From an uncultured Bryobacterales bacterium (lineage in GTDB: Bacteria > Acidobacteriota > Terriglobia > Bryobacterales > UBA6623), in contig OY282420.1 in assembly GCA_958295955.1 (NCBI GenBank), forward strand, positions 4,233,063 through 4,297,062: a stretch of DNA of 64,000 nucleotides, in the 5' to 3' direction. A program made the position numbers and the translations under genes. Shown one piece after another: positions 39,180-46,992 of the stretch (its first letter is position 1; each line of letters starts with the position of its first letter). The notes below the pieces were generated by a model. It ran no database searches and had not been told where the DNA came from. It saw only the letters and a list, made by a program, of their open reading frames with translations.

Positions 39180-40937
39180 ATGCCAATCCTACCCCCCCCC
39201 CCCCCCCCGCACAGCACGGTTGGCGTCTTTGGTTACCTCTGCTTGTGTCTGAACGTATTTTTCTTTAGCGCTCTCCTCGCTGCCGACCCGTGGATATTCA
39301 AGGCGCTGACCAGGGAAGACTACTGGGTGGAGAATCTCACCGCGGTCTGGTTTCTCCTGGCGGGCCTCTTGTTGTTCGTCACGGCCCGGGCGGAGCGGAG
39401 CTTCTTGCGGCGCTGCGTCTATATTCTCGGCGGCATGGCGATGGTCTTTGCCGCCGGCGAAGAAATCAGTTGGGGGCAGCGCATCTTCGGGTTTGCCACG
39501 CCCGATTTCTTGATGCCCTTGAATGCGCAGAAAGAATTCAATGTCCACAATATCAGCTACGGAACGTTTGACAGCATCTACAGGAATGGCGCGCTGATCC
39601 TGTGTATGGTAACCAGCGCGGCTTTCTTCTGTCGGAAAGACAGGCTTTGGGGGATTCCATTGCCGTCAATCCTGCTGATGCTGGGCTTTCTGCTATTACT
39701 TTCCTATGACTCAAGATTTGACCTCAGAGAATTCGTAGGATTTGGGGTTTTTAAGTTCTTGGGATTTATTGTTTTTAAGGAGAAGGGGCTGCTTCTTCTC
39801 TTGCTCATCTTCGCGTTGCTTTCAGGCCAAGTCAAATGGGTCGTTGCTCCCGCTGCAACCTTGGCGCTCGTTTTGGCTCTCTCCTATGTGAACTATCATA
39901 ATGTGTACTTCCATGGCCGCGCCCATCTTGGAAGCCTGTGGGAGGTGCGCGAGTATCTGTTCGGCATGGGCTGTCTTTTCTATTGTTTGGAACTCTTGCC
40001 GCCTCAGGGACGGTTAGCGGCAATCTCACGGACGTCATTCAGCGGCCTGAAGCTGCCGGGCGGACGGATTCCGTTTTGGATGATGACCTGCCGGCTGGTA
40101 ATTGCAGGCAGTATCGGGTTGATGTTTTTTGGGCATTTCAGCGCCATGTCCAGACCTGCCGCCTTCAAGGAGGCATACCGGTCAATCACGGCCAGCGAAC
40201 CGGCGGTCCGCTCCTACTTTGACGTATATCTCAGCGAGAACGAGTTGATCTACGTCAAGGAGCCATGCGCCCGCGCCGACACGGAGCCGGTGTTCTTCCT
40301 GCACCTATACCCGGTTGACGCGAACGACCTTCCCGAGCATCGCCGGCAATACAGCTTCGACAACCTGGACTTCGGTTTCGAAAGCCGCGGCACGATATTC
40401 GACAAGAGATGTATGGCGAGAGTCCCTCTCCCTGAGTATGATATTGCCCGCATCGGCGCCGGCCAGTACGTACACGTGGAAGGCGGTTACAACAACCTCT
40501 GGGAGGTGGAGTTCCGCCTTGATGACGGTGTCGCTCTGATTGTGAACGCCAAAGAGTCCCGCGAAGCGGCGCTCCGTTCTTACTACGAGACGTTAGTATC
40601 CGGCGAACCCGTAATGCGCTCCGACTTTGACGTATATCTCAGCGAAAACACGCTGACCTACGTCAAGGAGCCGTGCGCCTCGGCCGACACGGAGGCGTTG
40701 TTCTTTCTGCATCTGCGCCCGGTTGACGTGAACGACCTTCCCGACGATCGCAAGAAGAACGGCTTCGAAAACCGGGACTTCGATTTCGGCTGGCGCGGCA
40801 TGAGGCTTGGCGGGAGATGTATGGCGAGAATCCCTCTCCCGGAGTATGCTATTGCCCGCATCTCCACCGGCCAGTTCGTGACCGTGGAAGGCGGTTACAA
40901 CCACCTCTGGGAAGCGGAGATACACCTTGAACGGTAA
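39180..40937 (+). CDS. Orphan polytopic membrane protein (~10 TM) with C-terminal tandem-repeat soluble domain
   Basis: 585 aa. GAGGAG lies at 39165-39170. The N-terminal half is hydrophobic helices and includes AAGEEISWGQRIFGF. The C-terminal half is two ~136-aa repeats. Family not recognised. GC is visibly lower than the flanks. Confidence 0.7.
   Translation: MPILPPPPPPHSTVGVFGYLCLCLNVFFFSALLAADPWIFKALTREDYWVENLTAVWFLLAGLLLFVTARAERSFLRRCVYILGGMAMVFAAGEEISWGQRIFGFATPDFLMPLNAQKEFNVHNISYGTFDSIYRNGALILCMVTSAAFFCRKDRLWGIPLPSILLMLGFLLLLSYDSRFDLREFVGFGVFKFLGFIVFKEKGLLLLLLIFALLSGQVKWVVAPAATLALVLALSYVNYHNVYFHGRAHLGSLWEVREYLFGMGCLFYCLELLPPQGRLAAISRTSFSGLKLPGGRIPFWMMTCRLVIAGSIGLMFFGHFSAMSRPAAFKEAYRSITASEPAVRSYFDVYLSENELIYVKEPCARADTEPVFFLHLYPVDANDLPEHRRQYSFDNLDFGFESRGTIFDKRCMARVPLPEYDIARIGAGQYVHVEGGYNNLWEVEFRLDDGVALIVNAKESREAALRSYYETLVSGEPVMRSDFDVYLSENTLTYVKEPCASADTEALFFLHLRPVDVNDLPDDRKKNGFENRDFDFGWRGMRLGGRCMARIPLPEYAIARISTGQFVTVEGGYNHLWEAEIHLER
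39192..39208. repeat. Homopolymeric C17 tract
   Basis: Counted directly: 'a' followed by 9 C (39192-39200) and 8 C (39201-39208), then 'gc'. It lies in codons 5-10 of the 39180 ORF. Confidence 0.95.
40158..40937 (+). repeat. Tandem direct repeat, period 408 nt (two copies), coding
   Basis: TTTGACGTATATCTCAGCGA occurs at 40218 and 40626. Long stretches are identical between the copies (CTACGTCAAGGAGCC, GAGATGTATGGCGAGA, GTGGAAGGCGGTTACAAC), about 80% identity by eye. Confidence 0.85.
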
Positions 40938-41058
40938 CGACCTGCCCGGCCGGTGCAAGCAGCACGGTTTCGACAACCATAACTTCAACTTTTGGACGCA
41001 CGGCGGGAGAGGAGTCGAGACATGCCTGGCGGCAGTCCCTTTCCCTGGAAAACTTCAA
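40931..41058 (+). pseudogene. Decayed partial third copy of the repeat unit, out of frame, after the stop codon
   Basis: Translation of ORF 40927-41259 begins NGNDLPGRCKQHGFDNHNFNFWTHGGRGVETCLAAVPFPG. This aligns with repeat residues VDVNDLPDDRKKNGFENRDFDFGWRGMRLGGRCMARIPLPE. It is in a different frame from the 39180 ORF. Confidence 0.6.
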
Positions 41059-41249
41059 ATAAAATGCAACGAAATTGCACATAAAATGAAACGCCTCGCG
41101 CCCGCGGCGTTGGTTTTTACCTTCCTGGCGGGTCGGCGCCGTCGCCGCGATTTCCACCGGCCTCGGCGCCGGCGGGTGAATCGAATCGGCATGGCTCGGT
41201 TTTCAATAGGTGGAGTCCGTGGAGCGCAGCATCGGCAATCGGCGGTCTT

Positions 41250-42029
41250 TCACTTGTAGGCCAGGTGCAGGGCGCTGATTCCGCCGGTGAGCAAGCGGCG
41301 CTCGACGCGCCTGAATCCGCTTGCGAGCATCAGGTCGGCAAGTTGCTCGGGGGTCAGGAAGCGCTCGACCGAATTTTGGAGGTAGGAGTAGGCGCCGTCC
41401 GCTCCTGAGACGGCGTTGCCGATTTTCGGCAGCACGCGCCGGAAGTACAGTTCGAACAGCGGACCCCATAACCGGTTGGCCGGCTGCGAGAACTCGAGCA
41501 CGGCCAAGCAGCCGCCTCGGTCGAGCAGCCGCGCGAACTCCTCGATGCCGCGGCGGTAGTTGGCCAGGTTTCTGAAGCCGTAGGCGACCGTAATCAGGTC
41601 CAGCGAGCCGTCGGGCAGCGGAAAGGCCGCGGCATCGGCCTCGACCAGCGCGGACGGCAGATTTTCCCGCGCGATCTTGGCTGCGGCCGCGGTCAGCATC
41701 GGCCGGCAGAAGTCGCTGCCGATCATCTGCGTTTGCCCGCCGGCCGGGAAGCGCCGCCGCCTTTCTTTGGCCAGCGCGAGCAAGACATCCGCCGTCCCGC
41801 AGCAGAGGTCGGCCGCGCGCAGCTCGGGCCGCTCCAGGTAGGGGCGGACGGCGCGCGCCAGACGGCGGCGCCAGTAGCGGTCGACGCGGCCGGACAGCAG
41901 CTTGTTCAGCAGATCGTAGCGCGGCGCCACGCGGCCGAACATCTCGCGGATATTCCTGGCGGCGGCGGCTTCGTCGCCCGGGGCGGTTCCCGCCGGCGTG
42001 GCTCCCCGGCTTGCGGCGCCGTCCGCCAT
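41250..42029 (-). CDS. ubiE: Demethylmenaquinone/ubiquinone C-methyltransferase
   Basis: IREMFGRVAPRYDLLNKLLSGRVDRYWRR...DLCCGTAD...ITVAYGFRNLANYRRGIEEFARLLDRGGCLAVLEFS...YSYLQNSVERF is the classic UbiE/MenG signature. Start is the internal ATG 42029 of ORF 41250-42260. Confidence 0.85.
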   Translation of the reverse strand: MADGAASRGATPAGTAPGDEAAAARNIREMFGRVAPRYDLLNKLLSGRVDRYWRRRLARAVRPYLERPELRAADLCCGTADVLLALAKERRRRFPAGGQTQMIGSDFCRPMLTAAAAKIARENLPSALVEADAAAFPLPDGSLDLITVAYGFRNLANYRRGIEEFARLLDRGGCLAVLEFSQPANRLWGPLFELYFRRVLPKIGNAVSGADGAYSYLQNSVERFLTPEQLADLMLASGFRRVERRLLTGGISALHLAYK

Positions 42030-42030
42030 G

Positions 42031-43134
42031 CTATGCCGCCGCCATGCGGCGCGAAACCTGCAGCGCGTGCTCGGCGGCGGCCACGACCAACTCGGCGGGC
42101 GGGTCCAGGTCGTCGCCGACCTTGCCGATGGCGTCGGCCAGCACGAAGCGCGCCTTGCCGCCGACGGCCTTCTTGTCGCCGCCGACGCGCGCGGCGATGC
42201 TGCGCGCCGACAAGTCCGCCAGGCTGGGCATCGCGATGCAGCCGCCGACCGCTGCTTCAATCCGCTCGCGCGAGGCCGCGTCCAGCCGGCCGCGGAGCTC
42301 GGAGAGGCGCCCCGCCGCGATCATCCCGTAGGCGACGGCTTCGCCGTGCAGCAGCCGGCGGTACGCGGTCTCGGCCTCCAGCGCGTGACCGAGCGTGTGG
42401 CCGAAGTTCAAAATGCGCCGCAGTCCGGCTTCGCGCTCGTCTTCGGCAACCACCGCCGCTTTGATGCGCACCGATTCGGCGACGATGTGCTCGACGGCGG
42501 CGGGGTCGCGCGCGAGCACCGCCTCGCGCCGGTCGTTCACGAAGTCGAACAGCGCTGCCGAGCGGATGATGCCGTGCTTGATGACCTCCTGCAGGCCGGC
42601 GCGGTATTCGCGGTCGGGCAGCGTGTCCAGCGTCGCCGGATCGATCAAGACCAGCCGCGGCTGATGGAATGCGCCGGCCAGGTTCTTGCCGCTTGCCAGA
42701 TTGACGCCCGTCTTGCCGCCGACGGACGCATCCACTTGCGCCAACAGCGTGGTCGGGATCTGTACGACGTCGACGCCGCGCATATAGCACGCGGCGACGA
42801 ATCCGGCCACGTCGCCGGCGACGCCGCCGCCGAACGCAACCACGGCGCAGCCGCGGTCCGCGCCCGCCGCGTGCATCGCGGAACAGAGCTCCTCGACCGT
42901 ACTCAGGCGCTTGCGCCGCTCGCCCAAGTCGGTCTTGAGCAGCGTCCACTCGCGGCCCTGAAGCGCCGCGGACAGCCGCCCGCCCAGGAAGCTCCAAACG
43001 GTTGCGTCGGCAATGACGAACAGGCGGCGGCGGCCGACTGCGGCAGCGATCGATTCGCCCGCGCGGGCCAGCGAGCCGGCTTCGATGGCGACATCGTAGC
43101 CGCCCCCCGGAGCGCTCACGCGGATGCGCGTCAT
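42031..43134 (-). CDS. aroB: 3-dehydroquinate synthase
   Basis: VVAFGGGVAGDVAGFVAACYMRGVDVVQIPTTLLAQVDASVGGKTGVNL...GKNLAGAFHQP...LNFGHTLGHALE...LLHGEAVAYG. Start is the internal ATG 43134. The stop lies 1 nt before the ubiE start. Confidence 0.9.
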   Translation of the reverse strand: MTRIRVSAPGGGYDVAIEAGSLARAGESIAAAVGRRRLFVIADATVWSFLGGRLSAALQGREWTLLKTDLGERRKRLSTVEELCSAMHAAGADRGCAVVAFGGGVAGDVAGFVAACYMRGVDVVQIPTTLLAQVDASVGGKTGVNLASGKNLAGAFHQPRLVLIDPATLDTLPDREYRAGLQEVIKHGIIRSAALFDFVNDRREAVLARDPAAVEHIVAESVRIKAAVVAEDEREAGLRRILNFGHTLGHALEAETAYRRLLHGEAVAYGMIAAGRLSELRGRLDAASRERIEAAVGGCIAMPSLADLSARSIAARVGGDKKAVGGKARFVLADAIGKVGDDLDPPAELVVAAAEHALQVSRRMAAA

Positions 43135-43213
43135 GCCTCCATTTGTAACATGCGGCGCCGCGAACTTTTCCCTGCCGGCGATGGTGGACGGGACATCCGT
43201 TAGAATTGAGCCT

Positions 43214-44572
43214 ATGCTGCGAACGGTTGTTCTGCTTGCCGCATTCACGGCTTTTTTGCATGCCCGGCCGAACATTGTCCTGGTCATGGCCGACGATCTC
43301 GGCTACGAGTGCATTTCAGCGAACGGCGGGCGGAGCTACAAGACCCCGACCTTCGAGCGCATCGCGGACGAGGGCATGCGTTTCACCCACTGCTACTCGC
43401 AGCCCGTTTGCACGCCGTCGCGCAACAAGATCATGACCGGCAAGTACAACTGGCGGAACTACAGGCGGTTCGGACGCCTCGAAAAGAATCAGACGACATT
43501 CGCCCATCTGCTGCGGCAGGCCGGCTACGCCACCGGCCTGACGGGCAAGTGGCAGCTTGCGGGCGGGTCGAACGGACCGGGCGAGCACCTGACCGGAATG
43601 ACGCCCGGCGAGGCGGGTTTCGACGAACATGCGTTTTGGGCTTATAACGCCGAGTTGTCGATCGAGGAGCGGGATCGATACGCCGCGGTCGGTCCGCCGG
43701 GCAAAAACAAGACTTCGCGCTTCTGGCATCCGGCGGTCATCGAAAACGGAAAGTACGTGCATACGGGCATGGACGACTACGGCCCGGATTTGTTCTCCGA
43801 GTTTGCGCTCGACTTTATCGAGCGGCACAGGGACGAGCCGTTTTTCCTCTACTACCCCATGGTGTTGACGCATGCTCCGTTTGTCGCGACGCCCCACAGC
43901 AGCGTGATCGACGAGAAGACGAAATTCAAAAGCGACCCGGATGCTTACTTCGGCGACATGGTCGCCTACGCCGACTATTTGATGGGCCGCCTGATCGACC
44001 GCGTCGATGCGCTCGGGCTCGGTGAAAACACGCTCATTCTCTTTACCGGCGACAATGGCACGGCCAGGGGCATTCAATCGAAGCTGGGCAACCGGGTCGT
44101 CACCGGAAAGAAGGCTTACCCTCCCGACGCCGGCACCCACGTACCGTTGTTTGCGCGCCGGCCGGGCACGGTTCCGGGCGGTCTCGTCAACGACGATTTG
44201 ATCGATTTCAGCGATTTTCTCGCGACGTTCGCCGATCTGGCCGGAGCGGCCTTGCCTGCCGACGACCACTTCGACGGCCGCAGTTTCCGGGCGCAACTCG
44301 AAGGCGGCGCGGGCAGTCCGCGTGAGTGGCTGTTCGTTCACTATGACAAAGACCCGTCACTGGAAACGACGCCGTTTCCGCGCATTCGTTTCGCCAGGAC
44401 GAAGCGCTACAAGCTATACGGCGACGGGCGGATGTATGACGTTCCCCACGATTGGGAAGAACGGCGCCCGATCGATGCCGAGGCCGCCGGAGCGGAAGCT
44501 GTCTCGGTCCGCGCGGCATTGCAGCGAGTTCTGCACTCGATGCCCGCCTGGAATCCGCGCCGGTCTCGGTAG
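43214..44572 (+). CDS. Sulfatase (Cys-type, formylglycine-dependent)
   Basis: Signal peptide, PNIVLVMADDLGYECI, the CTPSRNKIMTG FGly motif, GKWQL, and LILFTGDNG. Confidence 0.85.
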   Translation: MLRTVVLLAAFTAFLHARPNIVLVMADDLGYECISANGGRSYKTPTFERIADEGMRFTHCYSQPVCTPSRNKIMTGKYNWRNYRRFGRLEKNQTTFAHLLRQAGYATGLTGKWQLAGGSNGPGEHLTGMTPGEAGFDEHAFWAYNAELSIEERDRYAAVGPPGKNKTSRFWHPAVIENGKYVHTGMDDYGPDLFSEFALDFIERHRDEPFFLYYPMVLTHAPFVATPHSSVIDEKTKFKSDPDAYFGDMVAYADYLMGRLIDRVDALGLGENTLILFTGDNGTARGIQSKLGNRVVTGKKAYPPDAGTHVPLFARRPGTVPGGLVNDDLIDFSDFLATFADLAGAALPADDHFDGRSFRAQLEGGAGSPREWLFVHYDKDPSLETTPFPRIRFARTKRYKLYGDGRMYDVPHDWEERRPIDAEAAGAEAVSVRAALQRVLHSMPAWNPRRSR

Positions 44573-44647
44573 CCGTGCGGCGTCCGCAGCGGAACGGTCG
44601 CCAACCGGCGCGGCGCGCGAAGGGGCGCGGTCCCGGTGGGCCGCCGC

Positions 44648-45757
44648 TCAGTCCAGCGCCCGGTCGAGCGCCTCGACGAAGAAGTATTCGCCCCACATGA
44701 CCGACTCGCCGACTCCCAGCCCCTTGTCGAGGTGGTAAATGCCTTCTTTCAGGATGCCTTCCCAGCCGTCGGTTGCGCTCGCCAGGTACGGCGGCCGGGC
44801 AAGCGTGAGCAGGATGCGCCGGGCCGTCCGATCGTAAAAGGCGCCCTTGGTCGTGTCGGCGCACAGCTTGGCCAGGCGCAAGAGCGCCGCGGCGACAATG
44901 GCGGCGGCCGAAGATTCCTTGCGTTGGCTGACTTCGGGCGGGAAGTCGAAGTCCATCAAAGGCACGCCGTCGGCCGGTGCGTTTTCGATGTAGTAGTCGG
45001 CGCAGAGCTCGGCGGTGTGGAGAAAGCGGGCGTCGCGAGTGCGCTTGTAAGCCGAGGTAAAGCCGTAGATCGCCCAAGCCAGGCCGCGCGACCAACAGGA
45101 ATCGGAACGGTAGCCCTGCTGCGTCGATTGCCGCAGGAATTCGCCGGTGCGCAGGTCGTAAATCCCCTCGTGCGACGAGCTGCCGTCTCCCCGGATGAGC
45201 ACCCGGCGGGTAGTCAGGCAGTGTTGCATGGCGACGTCCATGAGTTGCGCGTCGCCCGTTTCCATGGCGGCGTGAAAGACAATCCCGACATTGGCCATGA
45301 TGTCGATGAAAAGCGACTCGGGACCCATGAACGAGGGCATGTAGCGGCCCTTCTCCCGGAACCGCAGAGCCAAGGTGCGCCCGGCCTGGATGACCACTTC
45401 GTTCAACTCCGGCCTACCGGTCAATGCGTACCAACGGTGATAGGTGGAGAGGAAGATAAAGCCGAGATCGTGAACGCCGCGGTCCATTTTGCGGTGCTCG
45501 AGCGGCGTGGTGTAGCTCTCCGCCCGCGCGGCCCATTCGCCGCCGCAGCGCTTGGCGAAGATCCACATCATGCCGGGCAGGAAGCCGTCGCACCAGTTGG
45601 TCCAGGCTTCCTTGCCGTGCCGCCAGCGGCCGCCCTCGGTGTACATCGGATAGAAGCCGGGGTCGCGCGCGACGATCGCCTTGACCCGGTTTTGGGCGAA
45701 GTCGAATGCGTTCTGCAAGACCTCGCGGGAGCCGACGAGGGAAGGGAACTCGATCAT
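44648..45757 (-). CDS. Glycoside hydrolase family 88-like (unsaturated glucuronyl hydrolase)
   Basis: 369 aa. WTNWCDGFLPGMMW, HDLGF, SRGLAWAIYGF and WGEYFFVEAL match my memory of GH88 (alpha/alpha)6 hydrolases. No signal peptide. Confidence 0.75.
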   Translation of the reverse strand: MIEFPSLVGSREVLQNAFDFAQNRVKAIVARDPGFYPMYTEGGRWRHGKEAWTNWCDGFLPGMMWIFAKRCGGEWAARAESYTTPLEHRKMDRGVHDLGFIFLSTYHRWYALTGRPELNEVVIQAGRTLALRFREKGRYMPSFMGPESLFIDIMANVGIVFHAAMETGDAQLMDVAMQHCLTTRRVLIRGDGSSSHEGIYDLRTGEFLRQSTQQGYRSDSCWSRGLAWAIYGFTSAYKRTRDARFLHTAELCADYYIENAPADGVPLMDFDFPPEVSQRKESSAAAIVAAALLRLAKLCADTTKGAFYDRTARRILLTLARPPYLASATDGWEGILKEGIYHLDKGLGVGESVMWGEYFFVEALDRALD

Positions 45758-45981
45758 GGATTAGACAGTTTATCAGTTCGAATGGCGCTTATTGCCTGCT
45801 TCGCTGCGCCGCCGCATCTCACTCGCGGAAGCGCGGACCCGCGCGAGACCACAGCGGGCGCATCGCTCCGACAGACGGTCCAGGCCGAGAAGTATATACT
45901 TGGGCCGGCGCGCCGGCAGCGCCGCGCGCTTGAAGCCGGATCGCCTGAAGGATCAAGGTATGTCACGAGCATTGTAACGAG

Positions 45982-46992
45982 GTGAAAGGCCATTCCATGA
46001 ACGTTGTTTTGCGATTACGATGGATTGCGGTCTCTGCGCTTGTCGGGTTAGCCGCTCTTGCCCCGGGCTTTGCTCAGGATCGAAGCGTGCGTATCGGCAC
46101 TGTCCTGGATGGCGATAGCCGCGCGGAGCTGGCGTTCCGTACAGCGGTGCAGGAAGAAGCGGGCCGGCTGTTGCGCACGCAGTTCGACGTCTCGTTTCCC
46201 AATGAAAAGCAACTCGTAGGCGACTGGTCCGCTGCACAGGCGCGCCGGAACGTGGATTTCCTGATCGAGGACCCGCAAATCGATGCCGTGCTCGTACTCG
46301 GCATCGTCGGCTCTTCGTATGTGGGGCGGCGGCCCGTCATCGCCAAGCCGGTCGTAGCCGCGATAGTCATCGACCCTGAGACGCAGGGCATTCCAATCGC
46401 GGTCAGAGAGCGCCCGGTTCCGGGACGAGTCGGCGTGGAGCGTGTTCGCGTCAGCGGCGTTCGCAATCTCAGCTATGTTGCCTATAGTCGAGACCTGGTT
46501 CGCGAAGTAGAGACTTTCAGGGAAATTACGGCGTTCTCCAGACTTGCGGTTCTCATGATCGAGGAGATCGAGAACGAGTTTCCGGACGTCCGCGAGACCG
46601 TGGCGCGAGATCTCGAAAAGATCGGGGTGGAAGCTACGGTCGTTCCCGTCGGCCTCTCCATCGAGCAAGCGTTGGCGCGCCTCCCCGACGGCGTCGAGGC
46701 GGTCATGCTGACGGGGATGCCGCAGTTGGGCGATAGAGAATTTCGGAGCCTCATCGGCGCTCTTCATGACAGGAAGCTGCCGACGTATTCACTCGAAGGG
46801 CAGCGGGATGTCCGCCGCGGGGCGATGGCGGGTCTCAAGGTTGACCGCAACGAGCTTTTTCTGGTGCGGCGAATCGTGCTGAACCTGTTCAGCGTTCTGC
46901 GCGGCGAGGAAGCCGCCGAGATTCCTGTCGACTTTCATAGTCGACGAACAACTGACGATCAACATGGCTTCGGCCCGAGCCGTAGGAGTTGA
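45982..46992 (+). CDS. Secreted ABC-type substrate-binding-protein-like domain protein (PF04392-like); 3' end apparently frameshifted
   Basis: Signal peptide VVLRLRWIAVSALVGLAALAPGFAQD, then a periplasmic-binding-fold-like body. The last 17 residues (SRRTTDDQHGFGPSRRS) look like out-of-frame sequence; see the finding at 46921-46995. Confidence 0.6.
   Translation: MKGHSMNVVLRLRWIAVSALVGLAALAPGFAQDRSVRIGTVLDGDSRAELAFRTAVQEEAGRLLRTQFDVSFPNEKQLVGDWSAAQARRNVDFLIEDPQIDAVLVLGIVGSSYVGRRPVIAKPVVAAIVIDPETQGIPIAVRERPVPGRVGVERVRVSGVRNLSYVAYSRDLVREVETFREITAFSRLAVLMIEEIENEFPDVRETVARDLEKIGVEATVVPVGLSIEQALARLPDGVEAVMLTGMPQLGDREFRSLIGALHDRKLPTYSLEGQRDVRRGAMAGLKVDRNELFLVRRIVLNLFSVLRGEEAAEIPVDFHSRRTTDDQHGFGPSRRS

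Noticed and set aside
39013-39252. 79-aa ORF running through the poly-C tract in the third frame
   Set aside because: It has a TTG start without an RBS and an Arg-rich translation. It matters only in that it leaves the upstream frame open if the tract were C18.
40927-41259. 110-aa ORF downstream of the repeat-protein gene as an independent gene
   Set aside because: Only its first ~40 residues resemble anything (the repeat unit). The remainder is Arg-rich noise that runs up to and slightly overlaps the convergent ubiE stop. It is treated as a repeat remnant, not a gene.
46937-46948. Programmed +1 ribosomal frameshift at tandem rare CGA CGA codons linking the SBP-like and TolC-like ORFs
   Set aside because: There is no plausible slippery P-site re-pairing (AGT to GTC). 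The 13-nt segment flanked by GTCGAC repeats explains the frame change more simply as an insertion or duplication, or as a sequence error.
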